A stretch of DNA of 43,042 nt from positions 1 to 43,042 of the forward strand of contig JAYSUD010000004.1 in NCBI GenBank assembly GCA_043719295.1, read 5' to 3'. This DNA is from a bacterium (GTDB taxonomy: Bacteria; Patescibacteriota; Minisyncoccia; Phycocordibacterales; UBA918). Each line of letters opens with the position of its first letter. Position 1 is the first letter of the stretch. The position numbers and the translations under genes are program-made. Under the pieces are notes generated by a model, which ran no database searches, had not been told where the DNA came from, and saw only the letters and a list, made by a program, of their open reading frames with translations. Below, piece by piece: positions 7,652 to 18,070 of the stretch.

Positions 7652-8575
7652 CTATGGAAATTTTACCTTTCCGTGGAACTTTTTATGGATGTCACGGAGG
7701 TGTTTGTCGGTGACGTGGGTGTAGATTTGAGTGGTACCGATGTTAGCGTGACCCAAGAGTGCTTGGACCGAACGAATGTCAGCACCGTTACTTAATAGGT
7801 CAGTTGCAAAGCTGTGACGGATGACATGGGGCGATACTTTACGAGTTATTCCAGCTTTAACTGCACACATTTTTAACATACGTTGAATTGCTCGGGGAGA
7901 GAGCCGTACATCTTTAGAATTCTTCGCATTTTTGCCATATTGAATAAACAACGCATCACTCATATCTTTTCTCGCTTTCAAGTAGGTATTAATTGAACTT
8001 TTAGCACTATCTGATAAAAACACCACGCGGATCTTATCGCCTTTGCCACGTACAGAAAATTCATCGCGGGTAAGGTCAACGTCATCAATAGAAAGGGCAC
8101 ATAGTTCAGAAATACGAAGTCCTGTTGAAAACAATAGCTCAAGGATTGCCGTGTCGCGCATACCTTGGAGTGTTCCTTTTTCTGGAGCTTTCATCAGTCT
8201 ATCGAGTTCGGCTGGTGAAATGAGGTCAAGTGAACGTTCGGGAACTTTTGCAAGTTCAATGACTTCGGGAGAAAGTGAAACAACACCACGCTTTCTGATG
8301 TATTTTAGGAATGCCCGCAAGGCAATGAGGTAGTAATTCTGGGTTTTCCGCTTCATTGGGTCAATACGACTACCAACTTTAGTACCCGGCTGGCGGTTAA
8401 GGTACAAACGAAAGGTCCGCATCATTTCTTCAGTTAGTGCTTTTGGGTCATCAGTTTTTGCATATTCAAAAAACTTTTCAAGGTATCGGTCGTAATTTTC
8501 AATAGTTTTCACACTCCGCCCCCGTTCTATCTCTAAATACTCAAGGAATTGCCGTTTCAGTTCACGAAGCTTCAT
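7652..8575 (-). CDS. Tyrosine recombinase, XerC/XerD family
   Basis: TGLRISEL, GKGDK, SPHVIRHSFATDLL..GAD...VQALLGH....TTQIYTHV; start at MKLRELK. Confidence 0.92.
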   Translation of the reverse strand: MKLRELKRQFLEYLEIERGRSVKTIENYDRYLEKFFEYAKTDDPKALTEEMMRTFRLYLNRQPGTKVGSRIDPMKRKTQNYYLIALRAFLKYIRKRGVVSLSPEVIELAKVPERSLDLISPAELDRLMKAPEKGTLQGMRDTAILELLFSTGLRISELCALSIDDVDLTRDEFSVRGKGDKIRVVFLSDSAKSSINTYLKARKDMSDALFIQYGKNAKNSKDVRLSPRAIQRMLKMCAVKAGITRKVSPHVIRHSFATDLLSNGADIRSVQALLGHANIGTTQIYTHVTDKHLRDIHKKFHGKVKFP

Positions 8576-8802
8576 ATATAACAAGTATAGCAGGGAAGAA
8601 GCGTCGCAAAAGTAGCAACGAAAGAACATCTCACAGCTTTTTTGCTAATTTTCATAATACTTTTGACAAATGTGCAAAAAGACGACATAACTTGCACTTA
8701 TGGTAAAGTTGTGCTATAGTTCTACAAACCTTCGCAGGTTATCCACGTACAGCATCTCTGCTATCTACAGCGACCTGTACACATTAAAACTTGCAACTCA
8801 AC

Positions 8803-9069
8803 ATGTTAAGTAAACAAAAAAAAGCAAACGCAATTAAAGATGCAAAAGTGCATGATACTGATACAGGATCAGCACACGCACAAGCAGCTTTGCTAACGCG
8901 TCAAATCGAGGAGCTTGCAAAGCATCTTAAGAAACATCAGAAAGATTTCCACTCACGTCGAGGATTGCTCCAAATGGTAGCGGACCGACGTAAGCACCTT
9001 AAGTATCTTGCTCGAAAAGATGAGAAAGGATACGAAACTTTAATCAAAAAGTTAGGTTTGAAAAAGTAG
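8803..9069 (+). CDS. rpsO: 30S ribosomal protein S15
   Basis: [34 protein letters not shown]. Confidence 0.96.
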   Translation: MLSKQKKANAIKDAKVHDTDTGSAHAQAALLTRQIEELAKHLKKHQKDFHSRRGLLQMVADRRKHLKYLARKDEKGYETLIKKLGLKK

Positions 9070-9085
9070 AACTTTCGGTTTTTTT

Positions 9086-9120
9086 ACAAAACATGCTCCA
9101 CAAGAGCATGTTTTGTTTTA
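9086..9120 (+). terminator. Terminator after rpsO
   Basis: acaaaacatgctc-cacaa-gagcatgttttgt + tttt. Confidence 0.65.
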
Positions 9121-9206
9121 AAATGGAGTATACTTATCGAGTGTAAAGAAGCAGAGGTTTTTAATAATATAAGTCTTGCTGAGTAATCAGCAAAAAAACA
9201 CTTTTT

Positions 9207-9824
9207 ATGTCAGTAGTAAAACACGAAGACCAGCGTGTAGCGGTCTTCATTGATACACAAAATTTGTATCACAGCGCAAAAAATTTATACAAAGCAAAAG
9301 TTAATTTTGCAGGAGTTCTTGATGCAGCACTTGGAGGAAGGAAGCTCATTCGTGCATTGTCCTATGTAGTAAACACTGAAAGTGGGGAAGAGCTGCCGTT
9401 TTTTGAGGCCCTTGAAAAGATTGGTATCGAGATTAAAACAAAAGACCTACAGATTTTTTATGGAGGAGCAAAGAAAGCAGACTGGGATGTAGGGATGGCG
9501 GTAGATGCAATTAAAATCTCTTCTAAAGTTGATGCGATAGTACTCGCAACCGGTGATGGGGACTTTATTCCACTTGTTGAGTACCTAAAGTCACAAGGAT
9601 GCCAAGTAGAGGCAATTACCTTTGGGCGTTCAGCTTCTTCAAAATTCAGAGAGACCGTTGATGATTTTATTGATATGGATGAAAATCCACACGAATTCTT
9701 AATTGGATCGAGGCCAGCTCGTAACAATACAAAGAAGCGACCTAATCAAAAACAAGGAAACGGTAAAGGAGACTTACGGAAACAAATTCAAAAAGTAGTA
9801 GGAACTGATACTGATAATCTTTAG
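9207..9824 (+). CDS. NYN domain protein (LabA/DUF88 family)
   Basis: VAVFIDTQN, KKADWDVGMAVD, LATGDGDFIPLV, DDFIDM. Confidence 0.88.
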   Translation: MSVVKHEDQRVAVFIDTQNLYHSAKNLYKAKVNFAGVLDAALGGRKLIRALSYVVNTESGEELPFFEALEKIGIEIKTKDLQIFYGGAKKADWDVGMAVDAIKISSKVDAIVLATGDGDFIPLVEYLKSQGCQVEAITFGRSASSKFRETVDDFIDMDENPHEFLIGSRPARNNTKKRPNQKQGNGKGDLRKQIQKVVGTDTDNL

Positions 9825-9975
9825 AAAACTCTCAAAGTTTTCTGGCTTGAAAGCCCCTCTTCGGCAATACCTAAGAGGGGTTTTCTGTAGGTACTGACTT
9901 ATGGCTTGCCTATCTCAACTTTGCTACACTGTACCTATTAGTAAGCGAGGTCTGCAAGCAGGTAGTTTATAGATT

Positions 9976-10116
9976 AGGACTTACTCAAACGAGTGAGAAG
10001 TGATGAGAAGTCACTTCGCAAGAAGTTGACAGCTCTTTTGAAAAAAGAGCGACAACTTGCACAGTTCCTGTAAGGAACAAAAGAGGGAAGAAGTTGTGCC
10101 GTTTGTGTATGTCCTA
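9976..10116 (+). repeat. Structured repeat family B, copy 2 (full outer socket)
   Basis: TAGGAC..AAACGAGTGAGAAGTGA..TCACTTCGCAAGAAGTTG..CAACTTGCACAGTTCCTGTAAGGAAC..GAAGAAGTTGTGCCGTTT..GTCCTA. Confidence 0.85.
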
Positions 10117-10162
10117 TGCATCTCTAATCTAAAGCTTGCAGAGCTCATAACATATAATATGT

Positions 10163-12310
10163 ATGGAGGTGAAGCGATACCAAATGGACCTTGGAGGAAA
10201 AACACTCATTGCAGAATTTTCAGATCTAACCGAACAGGCAAGTGGCTCAGTACTTTTACGCCTTGGAGAAACAGCAGTACTCATCACCGCGACAATGAAT
10301 CGACACGAGGGAAACTCATCATACTTTCCGTTGTCGGTTGAATTTGAAGAACGATTTTATGCAGCAGGGCAAATTCTTGGAAGTCGTTTCATGCGACGTG
10401 AAGGAAAACCAAGTGATGAAGCGGTGTTGTCCGCACGTATTATTGATAGAACAATTCGACCATTGTTTGATCAATTGATTCGTACCGACATTCAAGTAGT
10501 TGCAACCGTCTTAGCTATGGGGGAAGAAGACCCCGATGTACTTGGAGTTATTGGTGCCTCAATTGCACTTTCGATTTCAAATATTCCTTGGAATGGACCT
10601 ATAGGAGCAATCCGCATTGGAAAGAAAAAAGATACGGGTGGAATCATCATCAATCCAACCTACATCGATCGTGTAAAAGATAACCTCTCATTTGAAGTAC
10701 TTGCCTGCGGAAAGGACGGGGCAATAAACATGATAGAAACTGCGGGGGACGAAGTGCAAGAAGATGAAGTGGTGAAGGCTTTGGAAATTGCACGTGAAGT
10801 ACATAAAACACTTGAAGATTTTCAAAAGCAAATTGTTACCGAAATTGGAAAACAAAAACGCGTACTAAAGGCTGTCGAGTATCCTGAATCTCTTATACAA
10901 CTCTTTTCAACAGAGTTTAAAGAAGTACTTTCGAAAACACTTTTTTCAAACACTGCAGGGAAAGATCATATTCATGACTTAAAAGATATCTTTATCAAAC
11001 AAGCATCCCTACTTGAAGATGTTGATGGTTCTATGGCACACAACTTTTTTGAACAGGAGGTTGATGTTGAACTTCATAGAGGTGCACTTGAAGAAGGGAA
11101 ACGTGCAGATGGACGAAAGATTGATGAGGTACGAAAACTCTATGCACAAGCAGGTAAAGTATCGGAGGTGTTACACGGCTCAGGCATCTTCTACAGAGGA
11201 TCAACACATATCTTTACTGCACTTACGCTTGGTGGCCCTGAGGCTGCCCAACTTGTTGACACTATTGAAGAAAGTGAAACAAAAAAGCGATTCATGCATC
11301 ATTATAACTTTCCTCCGTATTCAGTAGGTGAGTCAGGAAGAGTTGGGGGGTTCAATCGAAGAATGATAGGACATGGTGCGCTTGCAGAAAAAGCATTACT
11401 TCCGATGATTCCTTCACAAGAAGAGTTCCCGTACACCATCCGCCTAGTTTCTGAAACAATGTCCTCCAATGGCTCAAGTTCAATGGGGTCGGTCTGTGCT
11501 TCAACACTTGCACTCCAAGATGGAGGTGTACCTCTTAAACGAGCGGTTGCGGGGATTGCTTCGGGAGTGATGATGGGTAACAACACAGATACCTATGTAC
11601 TTCTAACTGATATCCAAGGACCTGAAGATGAACACGGAGACATGGACTTCAAGGTTGCGGGTACAACTGTTGGAATTACCGCAATTCAGATGGATGTAAA
11701 AGTTGATGGAATTCCAATTCCAGTTTTGAAAGAGGCGCTACAAAAAGCAAAAGATGCTCGCCTTCAAATTCTTGAAATGATGGCAAATGAAATTGCGGTT
11801 CCACGAGCATCCATTTCTCCACGAGCTCCTGAGATTATTGTTATCAAAATTCTTCCCGACCAAATTGGTTTAGTGATAGGAGGAGGAGGAAAGACGATTA
11901 ATGCAATAAAAGATCAAACGGGGGTTGAGGAAATCTCAATTGAAGATGATGGTACGGTGTTTATCACTGGGAAAAATGGTACCGCACAACTTGCTAAAGC
12001 AAAGATAGAGGTACTTACTAAAGTATATGTTGTTGGAGAGAGACTAACTGCAACAATAACGAGCATTGCAGACTTTGGTGCATTCGCAAAACTTGATGAA
12101 CAAAATGAAGGACTCATTCACATCTCTGAAATTGCGCCATTTAGAATCGAATCAGTTACTGGTATATTCAAGGAAGGGGAAGTACTTGAAGTAGTTGTGG
12201 CAAAAGTTGAAAATGGAAAAATTGGACTTTCAATTAAACAAGCTGATCCTGAGTTTGCCAATAAACGAGGAATCAAACAACCAACCTCAATACCTAAAAA
12301 AGAAAACTAA
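10163..12310 (+). CDS. pnp: Polyribonucleotide nucleotidyltransferase
   Basis: Two RNase PH domains (RIIDRTIRPLF, HYNFPPYSVGE, SNGSSSMGSVC, GDMDFKVAGT), then KH and S1 domains. Confidence 0.97.
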   Translation: MEVKRYQMDLGGKTLIAEFSDLTEQASGSVLLRLGETAVLITATMNRHEGNSSYFPLSVEFEERFYAAGQILGSRFMRREGKPSDEAVLSARIIDRTIRPLFDQLIRTDIQVVATVLAMGEEDPDVLGVIGASIALSISNIPWNGPIGAIRIGKKKDTGGIIINPTYIDRVKDNLSFEVLACGKDGAINMIETAGDEVQEDEVVKALEIAREVHKTLEDFQKQIVTEIGKQKRVLKAVEYPESLIQLFSTEFKEVLSKTLFSNTAGKDHIHDLKDIFIKQASLLEDVDGSMAHNFFEQEVDVELHRGALEEGKRADGRKIDEVRKLYAQAGKVSEVLHGSGIFYRGSTHIFTALTLGGPEAAQLVDTIEESETKKRFMHHYNFPPYSVGESGRVGGFNRRMIGHGALAEKALLPMIPSQEEFPYTIRLVSETMSSNGSSSMGSVCASTLALQDGGVPLKRAVAGIASGVMMGNNTDTYVLLTDIQGPEDEHGDMDFKVAGTTVGITAIQMDVKVDGIPIPVLKEALQKAKDARLQILEMMANEIAVPRASISPRAPEIIVIKILPDQIGLVIGGGGKTINAIKDQTGVEEISIEDDGTVFITGKNGTAQLAKAKIEVLTKVYVVGERLTATITSIADFGAFAKLDEQNEGLIHISEIAPFRIESVTGIFKEGEVLEVVVAKVENGKIGLSIKQADPEFANKRGIKQPTSIPKKEN

Positions 12311-12318
12311 GATACGAG

Positions 12319-12351
12319 CTAAAAAAACGAGCATCAATGCTCGTTTTTTAG
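12319..12351 (+). terminator. Terminator after pnp
   Basis: aaaaaacgagca-tcaa-tgctcgtttttt. Confidence 0.65.
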
Positions 12352-12443
12352 TACGTTCTCATTTCATGCACATAGATATGTGAACCTACTCTGGGTATAA
12401 ATAATTGGAGTAAAGAAAGATAAAACATGCGATACTACTATGC

Positions 12444-14093
12444 ATGAGTGACCAAGGCGTATCAAAAAAAATAACCCAACTTCGTACGTTTGCTACAGAC
12501 GCAAAACATGCGCGTTTGAAATTGCCTGAAAAAGAAGTTTTCGAAGAAACTTCTGTACAATCGGAAGCTCCATTGATGGCGTCAAAAAAAACAAACCTAC
12601 AAGAAAAATCAAATACACTTAAAGCCGAGATGGCGCAAGTAGGAAAAAAAGAGCGTGGTTCAATTTTATCTGATACCGGTTTGACATATGAATCGGAAGG
12701 CACAACTGACGGGGTCATCATCAGAGACAAGCGTCATAAACGATTTAAACTCTTGCCAGCAATGGTTGAAGCGAGTACTTCTTGGTTTACAAAAGTTCAA
12801 GATGATCATCAAAAGAAACTTGATAGTATCCCAAAAATTAAATCAGCAGAGTCACGTATTGAAGTTATTGAAGAAGCGGTTAAAGGAAGTGAGCAGGCAC
12901 CGAAAGAAGATTATGCATTAGTTGCAGAACACCTCAAAAAGACCGAACGCGTTCCTATTTCAACAGCAATTTCTTTCAAAGAAAAAAGTGCCGTCCCAGA
13001 ACCAACGTGGTCATCACTTGAAGATCAAGAAGAAACACAAATCATTGAAGCACCTGTTGTTGTAGAAGTTGCACCAACTTTGATACCAGAGGTGGTAGTA
13101 GAAGTAGTACCAGCAAAAGTTGAAACGAGTCCAATTCTTGAAGGTACACCACCCCACATAGAAGTAACCGACGTCCGCGAGCATGTTATTGATACTGCTC
13201 TTGATGCACTCTTCGATTCTAAAGAAGAACCACTTCCAATAGAAGTCCCTGTTATAGAAGTAGTGCAGCCTAGAGAAATTATTATTCCAGAAGTTATAAA
13301 TGAACAAGAAGTTGAAGAACCACAACAAGAAGAAGTAGTGTATGTTGCTCCAGTTGAAATAGCTGAAGTTGAAACACCTCTAGCGCCCAGAGTGCAATAC
13401 GCACCACCCAAAGATAGTCGCTCCAAAACATCTTTATATTTGTATCTATTTATAGGAGTTGTAATTGTGTCTTCACTTTGTGGAGTTCTCGTTACGTATT
13501 ATATTTTCTCATTAGCGGAAACTACTCCTTCAAGTCTAGGCGAACAAGAAATACAAACAGTCTCGCCATCCTTACTTAAAGAGCAAAGTTCAAAGACATA
13601 CATGATGCCCCCTACTTCTACCGCTCATATCCTTGAAATAGAGGAAAATATTCAATCAACCCAAGCTGTGATAAGACTCATTCCAAATCTTCAAAAAGAT
13701 GCGGGCACGCGTGAAGCAACAGCGGAAGAAGTTCTTGCTTCACTTACACTTACTGCACCGTCCTCATTTGTACGTTCAATTAAAGAAGTGAATTTTGGTG
13801 CAGTTGATGGTAACGACCTATTTATCGTACTTAGGGTATCAACATTTGATACTGCTTTTGCAGGAATGCTTGCTTGGGAAGAAACAATACAATCTGATTT
13901 CTCTCCACTATTTAACACAAACCAATCCCGAGCACTTACATTTACCGATACATTGGTCTCAAATAAAAATACTCGACTTCTTAAAGACGTAAATGGGGAA
14001 GACGTTCTCACCTACACATTTACTGATAAAAATACGATACTTATTACCTCAACACGTGTTGTACTTGAACAACTTATTCCACTTGTGAAATAA
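12444..14093 (+). CDS. Hypothetical single-pass membrane protein with P/E/V-rich linker
   Basis: 549-aa ORF; low-complexity centre; TM segment LYLYLFIGVVIVSSLCGVLVTYYIF. Confidence 0.75.
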   Translation: MSDQGVSKKITQLRTFATDAKHARLKLPEKEVFEETSVQSEAPLMASKKTNLQEKSNTLKAEMAQVGKKERGSILSDTGLTYESEGTTDGVIIRDKRHKRFKLLPAMVEASTSWFTKVQDDHQKKLDSIPKIKSAESRIEVIEEAVKGSEQAPKEDYALVAEHLKKTERVPISTAISFKEKSAVPEPTWSSLEDQEETQIIEAPVVVEVAPTLIPEVVVEVVPAKVETSPILEGTPPHIEVTDVREHVIDTALDALFDSKEEPLPIEVPVIEVVQPREIIIPEVINEQEVEEPQQEEVVYVAPVEIAEVETPLAPRVQYAPPKDSRSKTSLYLYLFIGVVIVSSLCGVLVTYYIFSLAETTPSSLGEQEIQTVSPSLLKEQSSKTYMMPPTSTAHILEIEENIQSTQAVIRLIPNLQKDAGTREATAEEVLASLTLTAPSSFVRSIKEVNFGAVDGNDLFIVLRVSTFDTAFAGMLAWEETIQSDFSPLFNTNQSRALTFTDTLVSNKNTRLLKDVNGEDVLTYTFTDKNTILITSTRVVLEQLIPLVK

Positions 14094-14134
14094 AGAAACA
14101 TCGTGTGTACGTGGGTACGGTATACTTACAACAT

Positions 14135-14518
14135 ATGCAAATCATTGACACAGAACAATACAAAGAACGACTTGATGAAGAATTATCGGTTATTACAAAA
14201 CAGCTACAAACGCTCGGCATTCACAATCCTAAAGTTCCCTCAGATTGGATTGCAATCCCCCAAGGAGGAGTTCCACAAGAAGCTGATGAAAACCTCAGTG
14301 CCGATATTGCAGAAGATTGGATGGAGACAAATGCAATACTTGCGACCTTGGAAACTGAGTACAACAACATTGTTCTCGCGCTTAAAAAAATTGATAATGA
14401 ATCGTACGGTGTGTGTGAAATATGTAAGATGGAAATTGAAGAAGAACGACTTAACGCAGACCCAAGTGCCCGAACCTGCATGGAACACTTAGGTGAAGAA
14501 GAGGATATCCTAAAATAA
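14135..14518 (+). CDS. DksA/TraR zinc-finger family protein
   Basis: ALKKID..SYGVCEIC...IEEERL.A.P.ARTCMEH (CxxC...CxxH). Confidence 0.85.
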   Translation: MQIIDTEQYKERLDEELSVITKQLQTLGIHNPKVPSDWIAIPQGGVPQEADENLSADIAEDWMETNAILATLETEYNNIVLALKKIDNESYGVCEICKMEIEEERLNADPSARTCMEHLGEEEDILK

Positions 14519-14521
14519 TGT

Positions 14522-16039
14522 ATGTCTGTTTCTTGTGTACACACAGCACAGGCGACAGTACAAGGAGGAATACCGGTTGTTATTGAAGCAGACCTCTCTA
14601 AGGGTCTCCATTCTTTTTCTATAGTAGGACTTCCGGGAAAAGCAATTGAAGAATCAAAAGACCGTGTGAGTGCAGCAATTAAAAATTCTGGATTCAAGTC
14701 GCCTAAAAGCCACAACCATAAAATCACCATCTCACTTTCTCCTGCGGATGTGAAAAAAGAAGGGCCTCTGTTTGATCTTCCTATAGCTATTGCATACTTA
14801 CTTTCCGCTGAAGAAATTAAAGAGGATGGTGTGAAACGTATATACCTTGGGGAACTAGGACTTGATGGATCACTTCGTAGCGTACACGGAGTTCTGCCGG
14901 TAATTTTAACTGCCAAAAAAGAAGGGTTCAGAGAAGTTGTTGTACCCAAAGAGAATGCAGAAGAAGCTTCACTTGTAGAAGGCATTGCAATCTATGGAGC
15001 GTCTTCACTAGAAGATGTCATCCGACATATTGATGTTACTGCTTCAAACCACAAAAAGATGGTACAACAAGAAATGACGGTTATTGAATCAACCTTTGAA
15101 GATGGACTTGTTCGACTTGAAGATATCAAAGGACAAGAAAGTGCAAAACGTGGACTACTAATTGCTGCTGCCGGAAGGCATAACGTCATTATGGTTGGGC
15201 CCCCAGGAACCGGGAAGACCATGCTTGCACGAGCGTTTCAAAGTTTACTCCCTCCATTAACACGAGAGGAGGCACTTGCGGTTACAAGTATCCATTCAGT
15301 TGCAGGAAGACTAGAATCAAAAGTCACCTCCCGCCCTCCGTTTCGCGCGCCACATCACACCGCAAGCTATACCTCACTTGTTGGAGGCGGAACACACCCA
15401 AAACCAGGAGAAGTAACCTTAGCTCACAAAGGTGTTTTATTTTGCGATGAGTTTCCAGAGTTTGATAGACGAAGTATCGATGCACTTCGTCAACCACTTG
15501 AGGACCGTGTAGTTTCTATCTCACGTGTACAAGGAACTGCACTTTTCCCCGCAGACTTTATTTTAGTTGCCGCAATGAACCCGTATCGCGGAAGCGAAGA
15601 CGGCACAACGGACTTTGCCCACGCTATGCGTGACACGTACAAAGGAAAAATATCGGGACCAATTTTAGATCGTATCGATTTATGGCTTGAAGTTTCGCAC
15701 GTAGATTATGATACCCTCGCGTTGTTACAAACAGATCAAGACCAGACAGAGCGTGCACGCGTACAAATACAAAATGCACGGGAACTTCAAAACACACGAC
15801 TTCAAAACAGGGGAGTTACGACCAATGCAGAAATGTCTGCTCGCGATCTTGAAGAGACAATTGTCATCAGTGATGAAATAAAATCGATCCTTAAACAAAG
15901 TGCCGAAAAACTTAACCTCTCTCCCCGTGGCTATCACCGGTTAATTAAAGTTTCGCGGACAATAGCAGACCTAGACGGGAAACCAACCATCGAACCCGCC
16001 CACGTCTATGAAGCTTTGCAGTATAGAGTGAAGATGTAA
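14522..16039 (+). CDS. comM: YifB/ComM Mg-chelatase-like AAA+ ATPase
   Basis: IVGLP, GELGLDG, GPPGTGKTMLA, RPPFRAPHH, LAHKGVLFCDEFPEF, ISGPILDRID. Confidence 0.9.
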   Translation: MSVSCVHTAQATVQGGIPVVIEADLSKGLHSFSIVGLPGKAIEESKDRVSAAIKNSGFKSPKSHNHKITISLSPADVKKEGPLFDLPIAIAYLLSAEEIKEDGVKRIYLGELGLDGSLRSVHGVLPVILTAKKEGFREVVVPKENAEEASLVEGIAIYGASSLEDVIRHIDVTASNHKKMVQQEMTVIESTFEDGLVRLEDIKGQESAKRGLLIAAAGRHNVIMVGPPGTGKTMLARAFQSLLPPLTREEALAVTSIHSVAGRLESKVTSRPPFRAPHHTASYTSLVGGGTHPKPGEVTLAHKGVLFCDEFPEFDRRSIDALRQPLEDRVVSISRVQGTALFPADFILVAAMNPYRGSEDGTTDFAHAMRDTYKGKISGPILDRIDLWLEVSHVDYDTLALLQTDQDQTERARVQIQNARELQNTRLQNRGVTTNAEMSARDLEETIVISDEIKSILKQSAEKLNLSPRGYHRLIKVSRTIADLDGKPTIEPAHVYEALQYRVKM

Positions 16040-16099
16040 TGTAGAGGATACTGGCTCAGCTTCTTATTCGATGGTTTATTATCTATATAATAATTTGAG

Positions 16100-16489
16100 A
16101 TGGAATTCATGAGACAAAAAATTAACTTTATTGAAACCTCTTTAATAAAAAAGGGAGTTACTTGTGATATTTACGAATTCGAGAATGATACAACAAAAGA
16201 TGTAGGAATTGTAAAAGTATTAAAGGGTTGTGAGACACCTCTTCAAAAAGTTTTGTCTGGTGACAGAACCTTCGAAAGATTTAGCAAGGGAATTGGAACA
16301 CTCACAGTAATAAGCACAGACGGTCAGGAACATATTTATTCTTTTCCTGGAAAACAACAAGAAGTTCAAGTAAAAATTGGAGAAACAATGCAGTGGAAAG
16401 CAACTGAAGATTTGGAATTTCTTGAAATTTGTCATCCTCCCTACCAAGAAGGTAGGTTCCAAAATATTAGCGAAGCGAACGAACAGTAG
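16100..16489 (+). CDS. Hypothetical cupin-like protein
   Basis: 129-aa beta-rich ORF ending EFLEICHPPYQEGRF; TATAAT 8 nt upstream. Confidence 0.6.
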   Translation: MEFMRQKINFIETSLIKKGVTCDIYEFENDTTKDVGIVKVLKGCETPLQKVLSGDRTFERFSKGIGTLTVISTDGQEHIYSFPGKQQEVQVKIGETMQWKATEDLEFLEICHPPYQEGRFQNISEANEQ

Positions 16490-16657
16490 ATATTCCTTAA
16501 TTTTGATTTACAAAAAAACCAGGGACTGACACTGGAGTTTTTTTATTCATAGTGAATTTTTAAATAGATGCATAGTAAGGTGAGTGCGCAGCAATTTAAT
16601 TTGAATACAAAAAGACCGTAAACGACGCTTACGATCTTTTTGTATTTTTCAGATATT

Positions 16658-16782
16658 GTGAAACACTTGAAAGTGAGTGCAGTTCGAGGCGGGCAAACAA
16701 AATAAAGTGAGGCGTGCGTCTGCACGTTGAACTTTATTTTGTGTAGCTCAACGAAGAAATGTGCTACTTTCAAGCGTTTCAC
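16658..16782 (+). repeat. Structured repeat family C, copy 2
   Basis: 17-bp outer stem gtgaaacacttgaaagt/actttcaagcgtttcac enclosing GAGTGCAGTTCGAGGCG...CAACGAAGAAATGTGC. Confidence 0.85.
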
Positions 16783-17862
16783 CTAGAATGGATTGGTGCC
16801 ACCTCGTACTTCGAAATGTAAATGTACCCCCGTTGATTTTCCAGTATTTCCCATCGCCCCAATTACATCACCCTGACCAACTTCGTCACCTACTACAACT
16901 CCGTTACTACTTAAGTGTGCGTAGAGTGTTTGTGTGCCATTGCTGTGTTTGATAACAATATAATTTCCATATCCACCATTCCATCCTGCACCTTTTGAAA
17001 CAATAACTGTACCCGCAGCTGCAGCCTTGATTGCAGTCCCATAAGAAGCTCCAAGGTCAACTCCGTTGTATCCATGAATACCTTGTGTCTTAAGTGCGCC
17101 TGGAGCAGGGTGTGAAAGTCCTGTACCTGTAGCTTTGGATCCTGAAGTTTTCGTAGGTGATGCTTTTGCAACAACCTTTTTTGCAGTATGGAGCTCTCCA
17201 CCAGGAATCATAATTTCTGTCCCGATAGTAATACCGCCAGCAGAGTCGAGATTGTTATACTCCAAAACCTCCTCCATGTTTGCTTCATACTTCTTCACGA
17301 TAGTTCCAAGAGTTTCTCCTTTTACTACCGTGTGTCGCACTCCAACAATAGGTAAAATAACCAGCGATTGACCTTCACGAATGTCGGTTGCTTTCGTCAT
17401 GTCATTTGCCCACAAAATAGTGTTGGTAGTAACTCCATACATTTCTGCAATCTGTGAGAGAGCATCACCTTCTCGTACTACATACACACTGATTTCACCG
17501 CTTCCCGCTTGTGCATTTTTAATTTCATCTTCTCCGATTGGACCAGTTGAAAACAAAACACCATTCTCAAAAGAGATGTCACCACCACCAATAGCTTTTT
17601 GTGCATCGGGATTCTTGGTCGCACTTAAAAGTGGGGTTGTGAGAGAAGATCGATCAATAGTGTCTTCCGTAATTTGTGCTACTACTTCATGGCTAAACAC
17701 CTGTGCAAGTGTATTAAAAAACCCAGCGTGAACTGAGAGGGGGATAACAAGTATTAATAACGTTGGTAAGAGTTCGTATACGAAAAAAGTAACCTTTCGT
17801 GAAAGGCCTATAGTTTGGTATGTATTCTCAGTATGGAAGTCGTTTGTAGGCGACTTGGGCAA
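16783..17862 (-). CDS. LysM-repeat M23 family peptidoglycan endopeptidase
   Basis: Two LysM domains (YVVREGDALSQIA, HTVVKGETLGTI); M23 motifs YAHL, GKSTGVHLHFEV. Start uncertain: in-frame TTG at 17862 chosen because the longer ORF overlaps repeat C3. Confidence 0.85.
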   Translation of the reverse strand: MPKSPTNDFHTENTYQTIGLSRKVTFFVYELLPTLLILVIPLSVHAGFFNTLAQVFSHEVVAQITEDTIDRSSLTTPLLSATKNPDAQKAIGGGDISFENGVLFSTGPIGEDEIKNAQAGSGEISVYVVREGDALSQIAEMYGVTTNTILWANDMTKATDIREGQSLVILPIVGVRHTVVKGETLGTIVKKYEANMEEVLEYNNLDSAGGITIGTEIMIPGGELHTAKKVVAKASPTKTSGSKATGTGLSHPAPGALKTQGIHGYNGVDLGASYGTAIKAAAAGTVIVSKGAGWNGGYGNYIVIKHSNGTQTLYAHLSSNGVVVGDEVGQGDVIGAMGNTGKSTGVHLHFEVRGGTNPF

Positions 17863-17948
17863 TACATCAGAATCTTGAGTACTAGGTAAAATATTTTTGT
17901 GATTATGGACTCGCCGCTTTTTTGCTTCCGTAGACAGAAATTTCTGAG

Positions 17949-18070
17949 AAAACTTCCATAAACGGCACACTTCTTCGTTGGTCTTCAGAGAAGAGCTTTC
18001 ATCATGCACGTGCATGCCTCAAACCATTTTCCTCAACCGCCTTGAATTGCACTCGTTTCTGAAAGTTTTT
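17949..18070 (-). repeat. Structured repeat family C, copy 3
   Basis: + strand AAACGGCACACTTCTTCGTTG...CATGC-ACGT-GCATG...CCTTGAATTGCACTCGTTT with outer stem. Confidence 0.82.

Noticed and set aside
7652-8575. Integron integrase or prophage integrase call
   Set aside because: The sequence reads as a XerC/D-type recombinase with no visible IntI-specific insertion; no phage genes or att repeats seen.
14221-14985. 254-aa antisense ORF and similar S/T-rich shadow ORFs across the window
   Set aside because: They are reverse-strand shadows of well-supported genes.
17863-18015. N-terminal extension of the 410-aa M23 ORF
   Set aside because: It overlaps repeat C3 and precedes the signal/TM segment; probably not translated.
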